Assembly (NCBI GenBank): GCA_030390025.1
Contig: CM059431.1
Span: 95,544,001-95,608,000, forward strand
Direction: 5' to 3'
Source of the DNA: Squalus acanthias
Taxonomy: Eukaryota
Length of the DNA: 64,000 nt
Both the position numbers and the translations under genes were made by a program. The notes under the pieces were generated by a model, which was not told the DNA's origin, made no database searches, and was given only the letters and a program-made list of their open reading frames with translations. This document shows positions 24,850 through 38,080 of the stretch, piece after piece. The stretch's first letter is position 1. The number at the start of each line of letters is the position of its first letter.

Positions 24850-27074
24850 TATGACTTTTCAGCCTTTAGACCCATACGTTTGCCTAGCACTTTTTCTCTA
24901 GTGATAGTGATTGTTTTAAGTTCCTCCCTCCCTTTTGCCCCTTGATTTTCTACTATTACTGGGATGTTTTTAGTGTCCTCTACTGTGAACAGAGATACAA
25001 CATATTTGTTCAATGCCTCTGCCATTTTCTTGTTTCCCATTATTATTTCCCCAGTCTCGTGCTCTAAGGGACCAATGTTTATTTTAGCTACTCTCTTCCT
25101 TTTTATAAACTTGTAGAAGCTCTTACTGTCAGTTTTTATATTTCTTGCTAGTTTACTCTCATAAGCTATTTTCTCCCTCTTTATTATTTTTTTAGTCATC
25201 CTTTGCTGGTTTCTAAAATGTTCCCAATCTTCTGACCTACCACTAATCTTTGCAATGTTGTATGCCCTTTCTTTCAATTTGATACCATCCTTAACTTCCT
25301 TGGTTAGCCATGGTTGGTTCACCCTTCTCTTCGAGTCTTTCTTTCTCACTGAAATATATCTTTGTTGAGAGTCATGAAATATCTCTTTAAATGTCTGTCA
25401 TTGCTTTTCTACCGTCTTACCTTCTAATCTATTTTCCCAGTCCACTTTAGCCAACTCTCTCTCATACCTTTGTAATTGCCTTTATTTAAATTTAATACTC
25501 TAGTTTCAGACCCAAGTTTCTCACCTTCAAACTGAATGTGGAATTCTATGATGTTATGATCACTCTTCCCTTAAGGATCCTTCACTATGAGATGATTAAT
25601 TAATCCTGTTTCATTACACATTACCAGATCTAAAATAGCCTGTTCCCTGGTTGGTTCCACAACGTATTGTTCCAAGAAACTGTCCCGAATACAATCTATG
25701 AACTCGTCCTCAAGGCTGCTTTTGCCAATTTGATTTGTCCAATCTATATGAAGATTAAAATCACCCACGATTATTGCAGTAACTTTCTTACAAGCCCCCA
25801 TTATTTCTTGATATATACTCTGTCCTATAGTGTAGCTACTGTTAGGGGGCCTATAGAAACATAGAAGAAACATAGAAGATAGGAGCAGGAGTAGGCCATT
25901 CGGCCCCTCGAGCCTGCTCCGCCATTCGATGAGATCATGGCTGATCATCCAAACTCAGTACCCTGTCCCTGCCTTCTCCCCATATCCCTTGATACCTTTA
26001 GCCTTAAGAAATATATCTAACTCCTTCTTGAATATATTTACTGACTTGGCCTCAACTGCCTTCTGTGGTAGAGAATTCCACAGGTCCACCAATCTCTGGG
26101 TGGAGAAATTCCTCCTCATCTCTGTCCTAAATGTCTTACCCCTTATCTTTAGACTGCGTCCTCTTGTTCTGGACTCACCCGCCATCGGGAACATCCTTCC
26201 TGCATCCAGTCTGTCTAGCCCTGTTAGAATTTTATAAGTTTCAATGAGATCTCCTCTCATTCTTCTAAACTCCAGCGAGTATAAGCCCAATCGACCCAAT
26301 CTCTCCTCGTACGTCATTCCTGCCATCCCAGGTATCAGTCTGGTGAATCTTCGCTGCACACCCTCCATGGCAAGAACATCCTTCCTCAGATAAGGTGACC
26401 AAAACTGCACACAATACTCAAGGTGTGGTCTCACCAAGGCGATGTACAGCTGCAGCAAGACATCCTTGTTCTTGTACTCAAACCCTCTCGCTACGAAGGC
26501 CAACATACCATTTGCCTTCTTAACCGCCTGCTGTACCTGCATGCTTACCTTCAGCGACTGGTGCACAAGGACACCCAGGTCTGGTTGCACTTCCCCTTCT
26601 CCCAATCTATTGCCGTTCAGATAATAATCTGCCTTTCTGTTTTTGCCACCAAAGTGGATAACCTCGCATTTATCCACATTATACTGCATCTGCCATGCTT
26701 CTGCCCAATCACCCAACCTGTCCAAATCATACTGGAGTTTCTCGGCATCCTCCTCGCAGCACACACGTCCACCCAGCTTTGTGTCATCTGCAAACTTGGA
26801 GATATTACATCTAGTTCCCTCGTCTAGATCATTAATATATATAGTGAATAGCTGGGGTCCTAGGACCGATCCCTGCGGTACCCCACTAGTCACTGCCTGC
26901 CACTCGGTAAAAGACTCGTTTATTCCAACTCTTTGCTTCCTGTCTGCCAACCAGTTCTCTATCCAAGTCAATACCTTGCCCCCAATCCCATGTGCCTTAA
27001 CTTTACACGCTAATCTCTTATGTGGGACCTTATCGAAAGCCTTCTGAAAGTCCAAATACACCACATCCACTGGT

Positions 27075-28900
27075 GTGAAGAGAAAAAGATTAGTGAAATC
27101 AAGTGTAGGTCCCTTGCAGTCAGAAGCGGGGAAGTTATAATGGGGAACAAAGAAATGGCAGCCCAATTAAATGCATATTTTGGTTCTGTCTTCACAAAGG
27201 AGGACACAAATAAGCTCCCAGAGATGTTGGAGAACATACGGTCTGATGAAAGGGAGGAACTGAAAGAAATCAGTATTTGCAGGGAAATGGTGTTAGGGAA
27301 ATGGATGGTATTGAAGGCCGATAAATCCCCAGGGCCTGATAATCTACATCCTAGGGTACTTAAGGAAAAGGCCCTAGAAATAGTAGATGCATTGCTGATC
27401 ATCTTCCAACATTCGATGGAATCTGGAACTGTACCCATGGATTGGAGGGTAGCTAATGTTACCCCACTATTCAAAAAGGGTGGTAGAGAGAAAGCGGGGA
27501 ATTACAGTAAGCCTGACATCGGTAGTGGGGATTATGCTAGAGTCCATTATAAAGGATGTAATAGCTGAGCATTTGAAAAACAGTGACAGGATCGGACAAA
27601 GTCAACATGGATTTACAAAAGGTAAATCGTGCTTGACTAATCTACTGGAATTTTTTGAGGATGTAACTGGGAAAATAGATAAGGGAGAACCAGTAGATGT
27701 GGTGTATTTGGACTTTCAAAAGGCTTTCGATAAGGTCCCGCATAAGAGATTAGCGGGTAAAGTTAAGGCACATGGGATTGGGGGCAAGGTATTGACTTGG
27801 ATAGAGAACTGGTTGGCGGACAGAAAGCAGAGAGTAGGAATTAATGGGTCTTTTTCTGAGTGGCAAGCAGTGACTAGTGGGGTACCGCAGGGATTGGTCC
27901 TTGGACCCCAGCTATTCACAATATACATTAATGATCTAGATAAGGGAATTAAATGTAATATCTCCAAGTTTGCAGATGACACAAAGCTGGCTGGGAGTGT
28001 GTGCTGCGAGGAGGATACTGAGAAACTCCAGGATGATCTGGACAGGTTGGGTGAGTGGGCAGAAGCGTGGCAGATGCAATATAATGTGGATAAGTGCGAG
28101 GTTATCCACTTTGGTGTCAAAAACAGAAAGGCAGACTATTATCTGAATGGCAATAGATTGGGAGAAGGGGAAGTGCAACGAGACCTGGGTGTCCTTGTGC
28201 ACCAGTCGCTGAAAGTAAACATGCAGGTGCAGCAGGCGGTGAAGAAGGCAAATGGTATGTTGGCCTTCATAACGAAAGGGTTTGAGTATAGGAACAGGGA
28301 TGTCCTGCTGCAGTTGTACAGGGCCTTGGTGGGACCACACCTTGAGTACTGTGTGCAGTTTTGGTCGCCTTATCTGAGGAAGGATGTTCTTGCCATGGAA
28401 GGAAGTTCAGCGAAGATTCACAAGGCTGATACCTGGGATGGCAGGAATGACATATGAGGAGAGATTGGGTCGATTGGGCTTATACTCACTGGAGTATAGA
28501 AGAATGAGAGGGGATCTCATCGAAACATATAAAATTCTGACAGGTCTGGACAAACTAGATGCAGGAAGAATGTTCCCGATGGTCGGAGAGTCCAGAACCA
28601 GGGGTCATAATCTACGGATAACGGGTAAACCATTTAGGACAGAAATGAGGAAGAATTTCTTCACCCAGAGAGTGGTGAACCTGTGGAATTCTCTACCACA
28701 GAAGGTAGTTGAGGCGAAGTCATTAAATATATTCAAGGTTGAGTTAGATATATTTCTTAAAGCTAAAGGTATCAAGGGATATGGGGAGAAGGCAGGTACA
28801 GGGTACTGAGTTTAGATGATCAGCCATGATCTCATCGAATGGCGGAGCAGGCTCGAGGGGCCGAATGGCCTACTCCTGCTCCTATCTTCTATGTTTCTTT
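27075..28900 (+). mobile_element. CR1 element C, inserted antisense into element B
   Basis: Long RT ORFs from 27020 to 28809. Tail CCTATCTTCTATGTTTC at about 28881-28897. Confidence 0.9.
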
Positions 28901-29429
28901 GTTTCTCCCTTAGCTATTCTATCAGTTACATCCTCAAAAAATTCCAGTAGATTAGTCAAGCATGATTTACCATTTGTAAATCCATGTTGACTTTGTCCAA
29001 TCCTGTCACTGTTTTCCAAGTGCTCTGCTATTACATCTTTTATAATGGACTCTAGCATTTTCCCCACAACCGATGTCAGGCTTACCGGTCTATAATTCCC
29101 CGTTTTTTCTTTACCACCTTTTTTGAACAGTGGGGTAGCATTAGCTACACTCCAATCCATGGGAACTGTTCCAGAGTCTATAGAAACTTGGAAGATGACC
29201 AGCAATGCATCTACTATTTCTAGGGCCACTTCCTTAAGTACCCTAGGATGTAGATTATCAGGACCTGGGGAGTTATCGGCCTTTAATGCCGTCAATTTCC
29301 CTAACACCATTTCCCTACAGATACTGATTTCATTCAGTTCCTCCCTCTCATTGGACCCTATGTTCCCCGACATCTCTGGGAGGTTATTTGTGTTCTCCTT
29401 TGTGAAGACAGAGCCAAAGTATGTATTTA

Positions 29430-29947
29430 CTTATTACACTGTTCCACGGAAGCGCAGCGTAAGCTCGAGGAACAGCACCTCATCTTTCGTTTAGGCACGC
29501 TACAGCCCTCTGGACTCAATATCGAGTTCAACAATTTTAGATCATAACCTCAGCTCCAATCACATTTATATTTTATTTTTTCCACCCTTTTATTTGCCCC
29601 CCCCCACCTTTTTTTTCCTCCTAGAAGCTGGCAGCTGTCCTTCATTCTGCCAGTGGATTTCACACTTCTTTCAGCCTTAATCTGTCACATTAACACCACC
29701 TCTAGCCTTGCATATCTCTTAATGTCTCTTCATCTCCCCCTTTGTTCTTTTATCCCCTCCCCTTTTCCCAGCTTTACTCTGGCCTTAAATCTATTTGATT
29801 TCCGTCTCTTCACAGTTCTGACGAAAGGTCATCGACCTGAAACGTTAACTCTCTTTCTCTCTCCACGGATGCTGCCTGGCCTGCTGAGTTTTTCCAGCGT
29901 TTTCTGTTGTTATTTCAGATTTCCAGCATACGCAGTATTTTGCTATC
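29430..29947 (+). mobile_element. 5'-truncated Penelope-like element with 11-bp TSD
   Basis: TSD GTATGTATTTA at 29419-29429 and 29948-29958. Encodes LLHCSTEAQRKLEEQHLIFRLGTLQPSGLNIEF, a GIY-YIG C-terminus. Hammerhead in the 3' part. Confidence 0.85.
29814..29850 (+). ncRNA. Minimal type I hammerhead ribozyme
   Basis: AGTT-CTGACGA-A-AGGTC ATC GACCT-GAAA-CG-TT-AACT. Confidence 0.78.
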
Positions 29948-31221
29948 GTATGTATTTAATTGGTCTGCCATTTCTTTGTTCCCCATTATAAATTCCCTTG
30001 ATTCTGACTGCAAGGGACCTACGCTTGACTTCACCAATCTTTTTCTCTTCACATATTTATAAAAGCTTTTACAGTCAGTTTTTATGTTCCCTGCAAGCTT
30101 ACGCCCGTACTCTATTTTTCTCCTCTTAATTAATCCCTTTGTCCTCCTTTGCTGAATCCTAAACTGCTCCCAATCCTCAGGTTTACTGCTTTTTCTGGCC
30201 AATTTATATGTGCTCTCCTTGGATCTTATGCTATCCCTGATTTCCCTTGTCAGCCATGGTTGAGTCACCTTTTTTGTTTTATTTTTATGCCAGACAGGGA
30301 TGAACAAATTCTGTAGTTCATCCATGCGATCTTTGATTGCCATTGCCTATCCACCATCAACCCCGACAACTCCCACCAGTGCCTTCTTTCCCTTACTATT
30401 TCTCATCTCCACCCAAATTGATTCTACATCTGGAACTTCTGAGCCAATATCATTTCTCACTATTGTACTGATTTCATCCTTTATTGACAGAGCTACCCCA
30501 CCTCCTTTTCCTTTCTGTCTGTCCTTCCGAAATGTCAAATACCCCTGAATATTCAGTTCCCAGCCTTGGTCACATTGCAACCACGTCTCTGTGATGGCTA
30601 TTAGATCATACCCATTTATTTCTATTTGTGCCATTAATTCATCTATCTTTATCTGAATGCACGCAGCATTCATAACAAGAGCCTTTAATTTTGTCTTTTT
30701 AATCATTTTTCCCTACTCTGACCTTATTTGCTGGTGCACTGTTATGTTTGTGCGCTTTGTCCTTTCCTGTCACACTCTGGTGTTCATTGCCCATATCGCT
30801 ACCCTGCACTATTGCCCTGTTCTTTCTCTTTAATTTTCTAAATTTCCCCTCGCTTGAACCCCCCCTCCCCCCACTATTTATTTTAAAGCCCTATCTACAG
30901 CCCTAGTTATTTGATTAGCCTGATTGGCCTGTAGTTGCCGGGTTTATCCCTATTCCCTTTTTTAAACAGTGGTATACCATTTGCAATCCTCCAGTCATCT
31001 AGCACCACCCCCATATCTAAGAAGGATTGGGACATTGTGGGGAGAGCCTCTGCATTTTCCACCCTTACTTCCTTCAGAAACTTAGGATGCTTCACATCTG
31101 GACCGAGTGACTTTTCAACTTTGAGGACTGCCAATCTTTTAAGTACCTCCTCTTTAACTATTACTATTCTATCCAATACTGCTACTGCTTCCTCCTTCAC
31201 TGCTACACTGGCAGCATCTAT

Positions 31222-33556
31222 GAGTGCGATCTTGCCAGCCCTGGGGAGGCGGGTATGGAGGCGGACTGCTGGGAAAATGGCAGAATCTGGGGGCGGGTGC
31301 CCATCCCGGCCCCAACCCGCCTCCGTGCCATCTTCCCAGGAGGCAGGTAGCCGACCCATGCCAGGTCACGTCTCCTGGAGGCGGGAAGGGGATTACAGCC
31401 ACTTAACTGTCTATTAACAGGTAGTTAACAGGCAGTTAAGAGGATTATCCCCATTTTTCCAGGAGAGCCGCAGGCTTCCTGAAGGCTGCAAACCCCGCAA
31501 GGGTCACCGAGGCGAGTAGTGGGTCTGCGGGGGTCGGAGGGGTGAAAAAGTGAAGGTAAGTGATGGGTGCAAGTGTGGAGAGGTAATTATGTGAGGTGAG
31601 TGGAAAGTGTTAGTAAAAGTTTACTTACCTTTGTTTCTTCCTGCAGGCTTCAAGAAGGTAGCAAGGAATGAGCTAAAAAAAGAGCTTAGGAGAGCTAGGA
31701 GGGGGCATGAGAAGTCCTTGGCGGGTCGAATCAAGAAAAACCCCAAGGCTTTTTACTCTTATGTGAGAAATAAAAGAATGACCAGGGTGAGGGTAGGGCC
31801 GGTCAAGGACAGTAGTGGAAACTTGTGCATGGAGTCAGAAGAGATAGGAGAGGTGATGAATGAATACTTTTCGTCAGTGTTCACCGAGGAGAGGGGCCAT
31901 GTTCTTGAGGATGAGAGTGTGATAAAGGTGGATAGGCTGGATGTGGTAGATGTTCTGAGGGAAGATGTTTTAGCAATTTTGAAGAACCTGAGGGTCGATA
32001 AGTCCCCTGGGCCAGATGGGATATATCCTAGGATTCTTTGGGAGGCAAGGGAGGAGATTGCAGAGCCTCTGGCTTTGATCTTTGGGTCCTCACTCTCCAC
32101 GGGGATGGTGCCAGAGGACTGGAGAGTGGCGAATGTTGTTCCTCTCTTCAAGAAAGGAAATAGGAATGACCCTGGTAATTATAGGCCGGTTAGTCTTACT
32201 TCGGTGGTTGGTAAGATAATGGAAAAGGTCCTGAGGGATAGGATTTATGACCATTTGGAAAGGGGCAACTTAATCAGGGATAGTCAACACGGATTCGTGA
32301 AGGGTAAGTCTTGCCTAACAAATTTGATTGAATTCTTTGAGGAGGTAACTAAGTGTGTAGATGAAGGTAGAGCAGTTGATGTCGTATACATGGATTTTAG
32401 TAAGGCGTTTGATAAGGTTCCCCATGGTCGTCTCATGAAGAAAGTAAGGAGTTGTGGGATAGAGGGAAATTTGGCCAATTGGATAAGTAACTGGCTATCT
32501 CATAGAAGGCAGAGGGTGGTGGTGGATGGAACATTTTCGGACTGGAGACCAGTTACCAGCGGTGTGCCACAGGGGTCGGTGCTGGGTCCTCTGCTGTTTG
32601 TGATTTTTATCAATGACTTGGAGGAGGGGACTGAAGGGTGGATCAGTAAATTTGCTGATGACACCAAGATTGGTGGAGTAGTGGATGAGATGGAGGCTGT
32701 TGTAGGCTGCAAAGAGACATTGATAGGATGCAGAGCTGGGCCGAAAAATGGCAGATGGAATTTAACCCTGATAAGTGCGAGGTGATTCATTTTGGTAGGG
32801 CAAATGTGAATAAGGATTACAGGGTCAACGGCAGGGTTCTGAGGAACGTGGAGGAGCAGAGGGATCTGGGGGTTCATATCCACAGATCTCTGAAGGTTGC
32901 CACTCAAGTGGATAGAGCAGTAAAGAAGGCCTATGGTGTGTTGGCGTTTATTAACAGAGGGTTTGAGTTTAAGAACCGTGAGGTTATGCTGCAACTGTAC
33001 AGGACCTTGGTGAGACCACATTTGGAATATTGTATGCAGTTCTGGTCACCTCACTATAGGAAGGACGTGGAAGCATTGGAAAGAGTGCAAAGGAGATTTA
33101 CCAGGATGCTGCCTGGTTTGGTGGGGGAGGTCTTATGAGGAAAGATTGAGGGAGTTGGGTATGCGGTGAGTCTCGCACCTCCGCTGCAGAGATGACAGAT
33201 GGCTGTTGCATTCTCCAATGCAGCAACCATCTAATTTCTGCTAAAGAAAGAGGTTTGATGAGTCTTGAATTCAAGAACTCATCAAACTACAGAGAATGTC
33301 AGTGTTTGACAGCTTCACAGAGCTGTCAAACGATGACAATTCATCTGTCAAAAATTTTTGGCAGATGAAATGTCATACGCTGATTTTCTCTGTATCCGCT
33401 TTTCCCTTAATTGGCCTGCTAAGCCCGCTGGGCGGGCTTAACAAGGTCAATCAAGAGAAAATAGCGTGGGTTGGCCAGAAGTTGATAGAGGCGGGACTGA
33501 AACCCGACAAGTGGGAGTCCCGCCTCCAAAAGCTCCCCATTGGCAAAATCCAGCCC
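31222..33556. mobile_element. Harbinger MITE family B, split by a CR1
   Basis: Inverted homolog of 60880-61720. Right terminus AAAATCCAGCCC. TSD TAT at 31219-31221 and 33557-33559. Confidence 0.8.
31652..33160 (+). mobile_element. CR1 RT fragment inside MITE B
   Basis: 392-aa ORF with [30 protein letters not shown] and FADDTK. No 3' tail. Confidence 0.9.
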
Positions 33557-33942
33557 TATGATGCTATGATGAGTCTATTATGTGGCACTTTATCAAATGC
33601 CTTCTGAAACATCAACCGCACTACCCTCATCAACCCTCTCAGTTATTTCATTGAAGAATGCAATCAAGTTTGTCAGACATGACTTGCCTTCAACAAATCC
33701 ATGTTGGCTGTTATTTATTAACCCTTGTTCTTCCAAGTGAAAATTTAAATTTGCCCTGGATTATGGTCTCTTGATGTTTCCCCACCACCGTCGTTAGGCT
33801 GAATTACCTGTAGTTACCTCTTTTATCTAACTCCCCTTTTTTGAAGAAGAGTGTAACATTTGCAACCGTCCAGTCCTCTGGCACCACTCTCACATCCAAG
33901 TAGGATTGAAAGATTGTGGCCAAAGCCTCCACTATATAATCA

Positions 33943-36004
33943 CAAGATGTCAGCAACGAATCCAATGAGACATTCAATGATCCGGAACAGCAGACAGAGG
34001 GTCCCGCAGTGCAGCAACCGAAGAAGAAAGAGTCAAATTGGACCCCTCCGGAGGGTCGCTGCCCTAAGCTTGACATGTATGCTCAAGCTGTCAGGAGATG
34101 CATCAACGCCAGATTCATCAGCCACACTCACAAGACAGTCCAAAATGTCACCCGAGCACAACGCAACGCCATCCACGCTCTCAAGACCAACTGCAACATC
34201 GTCATCAAACCAGCGGACAAAGGAGGAGCCATCGTCATACAGAACAGAATGGACTATTGCAAAGAAGCATACCGACAACTGGACAACCAGGAACACTACA
34301 GACAATTACCCGCAGATCCGACCAAAGAACACACCCGCCAACTCAATAGACTGATCAAGACCTTCGATCCAGACCTTCAAAGCAACCTACGTGCTCTCAT
34401 CCCACGTACTCCCGGCGTAGGAGAATTCTACTGCCTCCCAAAGATACACAAAGCCAACACACCCGGACATCCTATCGTATCAGGCAATGGAACCCTGTGT
34501 GAGAACCTCTCTGGATACGTCGAGGGCATCCTGAAACCCATCGTACAGGGAACCCACAGCTTCTGTCGCGACACTACAGACTTCTTACAGAAACTCAGCA
34601 CCCACGGACCAGTTGAACCAGGAACACTCCTCGCCACGATGGACGTCTCAGCACTCTACACCAGTATCCCCCACGATGACGGCATTGCTGCGACAGCCTC
34701 AGTACTCAACACATACAACAGCCAATCTCCAGACGCCATCCTACAACTCATCCGCTTCATCCTTGACCACAATGTCTTCACCTTCAACAACCAGTTTTTT
34801 ACCCAAACACACGGAACAGCCATGGGGACCAAATTCGCACCCCAATACACAACATCTTCATGCACAAGTTCGAGCAGACTTCCTCACTGCACAGGACCTC
34901 CAACCAACGCTATACATCAGATACATCGACGACATTTTCTTCCTATGGACCCACGGCGAAGAATCACTGAAAAGACTACACGATAACATCAACAAGTTCC
35001 ATCCCACCATCAAACTCACCATGGACTACTCCTCAGAATCGGTTTCACTCTTGGACACACGAATCTCCATCAAAGACGGACACCTCAGCACTTCACTCTA
35101 CCGCAAGCCCACGGACAACCTCACGATGCTCCACTTCTCCAGCTTCCACCCTAACCACGTTAAAGAAGCCATCCCCTATGGACAAGCCCTGCGAATACAC
35201 AGGATCTGCTCAGACGAGGAGGAACGCGATGGACACCTACGGACACTGAAAGACGCCCTACTAAGAACGGGATATGACGCTCGACTCGTCGATCGACAGT
35301 TCCGACGGGCCACAGCAAAAAATCGCATAGACCTCCTCAGAAGACGAACACGGGACACAACCAACAGAGTACCCTACGTCGTCCAGTACTTCCCCGGAGT
35401 GGAGAAACTACGCCATGTTCTTTGCAGCCTTCAACATGTCATCAATGATGACGAACACCTCGCTAAGGCCATCCCCACGCCTCCACTACTCGCCTTCAAA
35501 CAGCCGCCTAACCTGAAAAGTACCATCGTTCACAGCAAATTACCCAGCTTTCAGGAGAACAGCGACCACGACACGACACAACCCTGCCACGGCAACCTCT
35601 GCAAGACATGCCAGATCATCAACACAGATACAATCACCACACGTGAGGACACTACCCACCAGGTACATGGTACATACTCATGTGACTCGGCCAACGTTGT
35701 CTACCTCATACGTTGCAGGAAAGGATGCCCCGGAGCATGGTACATCGGCGAGACCATGCAGACACTGCGACAACGTATGAACGGACACCGCGCAACAATC
35801 GCCAGGCAGGAGTGTTACCTCCCAGTCGGAGAACACTTCAGCAGTCAAGGACATTTAGCCTCCGATCTTCGGGTAAGCGTTCTCCAAGGCGGCCTTCGAG
35901 ACACACGACAACGCAAAATCATCGAGCAGAAACTGATAGCCAAGTTCCGCACCCATGACGACGGCCTCAACCGGGATCTTGGGTTCATGTCACGCTACAT
36001 GTAA
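33943..36004 (+). pseudogene. Penelope RT/GIY-YIG ORF with two 1-bp deletions near 34850-34875
   Basis: ORFs 34009-34986 and 34613-36004 join across the QY(A)NIFMHKFE(Q)DF region. Confidence 0.85.
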
Positions 36005-36361
36005 CCCCACCTGAAGTAGAGTCATCCAGACTCGAGTCGTCGCTGGCTTGTTCTCTCTACACAGATGCGACCTGCTGTAATTTCCAGCAAAAAAAGTAAA
36101 ACATCTTTTTGTTTTCCATACAGACTCCAGCAGCTGCCACATTTGACCCATTGTGACCCCACCTCATTGTCTATGTTGTATTTTGCTATCGTCTTTGATG
36201 TAATGTCTTCCTGACTGACCTGGTTGGACACCATCCACACCTTTGATTGCCGTGATTGTCTCTCTGCCGAGATGTGATAAAGGACAGTTAGAAAGATTAA
36301 CTGTAGTTGTCTGGCATTGTTCTCTGACTATTTATGCGGTGCCCATATGTATTTCTTCACT

Positions 36362-36398
36362 TCACCTGACGAAGGAGCAGTGCTCTGAAAGCTTGTGA
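36362..36398 (+). ncRNA. Minimal type I hammerhead ribozyme in the Penelope terminal repeat
   Basis: TCAC-CTGACGA-A-GGAGC AGT GCTCT-GAAA-GC-TT-GTGA. Confidence 0.78.
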
Positions 36399-36580
36399 TT
36401 TCAAAATAAAGCTGTTGTGCGACTTCTCACTTTTGTCCACCCCAGTCCAACACCGGCATCTCCGCATCATATATAATCATAGAATGATAGAATGATAAAC
36501 CACTGAAGGAAGCCATCGGCCTATTGTGCCTGTTCCGGCTCTTTGAAAGAGTTATCCAATTAGGCCCACACCCCTGCTCT

Positions 36581-38080
36581 TTCATTTTTCAATCCTCTCT
36601 GGCTTCTGGTGTGGTGCCGGAGGACTGGAGGACTGCTAATGTGGTACCCTTGTTCAAAAAGGGAGAAAAGAATAGACCAAATAATTACAGGCCAGTCAGC
36701 CTAACCTCGGTGGTGGGAAAATTATTGGAAAGAATTCTGAAGGACAGGATAAATCTTCATTTAGAAAGACACGGATTAATCAAGGATAGTCAGCACGGAT
36801 TTGTTAAGGGAAGGTCGTGTCTGACAAACTTAATTTAATTTTTTGAGGAGGTAACAAGAAGGGTAGATGAGGGTAGTGCGTTTGATGTAGTGTATATGGA
36901 CTTTAGCAAGGCTTTTGATAAGGTTCCACATGGCAGACTGGTCATGAAGTTAAAAGCCCATGGGATCCAAGGCAAAGTGTCAAGTTGGATTCAAAACTGG
37001 CTCGGAGACAGGAAGCAGAGGGTAATGGTTGATGGGTGTTTTTGTGACTGGAAGGCTGTTTCCAGTGGGGTTCCGCAGGGTTCAGTACTAGGTCCCTTGC
37101 TTTTTCTGGTATATATCAATGATCTAGACTTGAATATAGGGGGTATGATTAAGAAGTTTGCAGATGATACTAAAATCGGCTGTGTGGTTGATACTGAAGA
37201 AGGAAGCTGTAGACTGCAGGAAGATATCAATAAATTGGTCAGGTGGGCAGAACAGTGGCAAATGGAATTTAATCCAGAGAAGTATGAGGTAATGCATTTG
37301 GGGAGGGCTAACAAGGAAAGGGAATACACATTAAATGGTAGGACACTGAGTAGTGTAGAGGAATAAAGGGACCTTGGAGTGCATGTCCACAGATCCCTGA
37401 AGGTAGCAGGCCAAGTAGATAAGGTGGTTAAGGCGGCATACAGAATGCTTGCCTTTATTAGCCATGGCATAGAATACAAGAGCAGGGGGGTTATGCTTCA
37501 ACTGTATAAAACACTAGTTAGGCCTCAGCTAGAGTACTGCATGCAGTTCTGGTCACCACCTTACAGGAAAGATGTGATTGCACTAGAGAGGGTACAGAGG
37601 AGATTACAAGGATGTTGCCAGGAGTAGAGAATCTTAGCTATGAGGAAAGACTGGATAGGCTGGGTCTGTTTTCCTTGGAACAGAGGAGGCTGAGGGGAGA
37701 CCTTATTGAGGTGTATAAAATTATGAGGGGAATAGATAAAATGGATACAGAGGATATATTTCCCTTAGCAGAGGGGTCAAAAACCAGGGAGCACAGATTT
37801 AAAGTAATTGGTGGAAGGTTTAGAGGGGATTTGAGGGGAAATTTCTTCACCCAGAGGGTTGTGGGCGTCTGGAACTCACTGCCTGAAAGGGTGGTAGAGG
37901 CAGAAACCCTAACCACATTTAAAAAGTACTTGGATGTGCACTTGGGATGCTGTAACCTGCAGGACTATGGACCAAGAGCTGGGAAGTGGCATTAGGCTGG
38001 ATAGCTCTTTGTTGGCTGGTGCGGACACGATGGGCCGAAATGGCCTCCTTCCGTGCTGTAACTTTCTATGATTCTATGAT
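36581..38080 (+). mobile_element. CR1 3' portion, same subfamily as 21.1-22.5 kb
   Basis: RT motifs and tail TTCTATGATTCTATGAT at about 38064-38080. Confidence 0.9.

Larger units (their letters stand above)
25857..30364 (-). mobile_element. CR1 element B, nested in A and itself interrupted twice
   Basis: 3' tail at about 25857. RT reads ...VTDRIAKGE (28.9 kb) and continues PVDVVYLDFQ (27.07 kb) across element C. Confidence 0.85.
24855..30906 (-). mobile_element. CR1 host element A (24855-25856 and 30365-30906; endonuclease region)
   Basis: IAITETWL...FRKDR..GKGGGVAL...VGVV (30.3-30.7 kb) continues as YRPPNS...GDFN (25.8 kb) once the nested insertions are removed. Confidence 0.78.
33943..36469 (+). 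mobile_element. Penelope-like retroelement (RT plus GIY-YIG), 5'-truncated
   Basis: Contains IKPADKGG, YCLPKIHK, MDVSALYTSIP, GTAMG, RYIDD, YRKPT and NVVYLIRC...WYIGET...RMNGH. 10-bp direct repeat TATATAATCA at 33933-33942 and 36470-36479. Confidence 0.92.

Noticed and set aside
25857..28900. Twin-priming inversion or foldback assembly artefact
   Set aside because: The arms differ at many positions and the minus-strand CR1 resumes after 28900, so this is a nested insertion.
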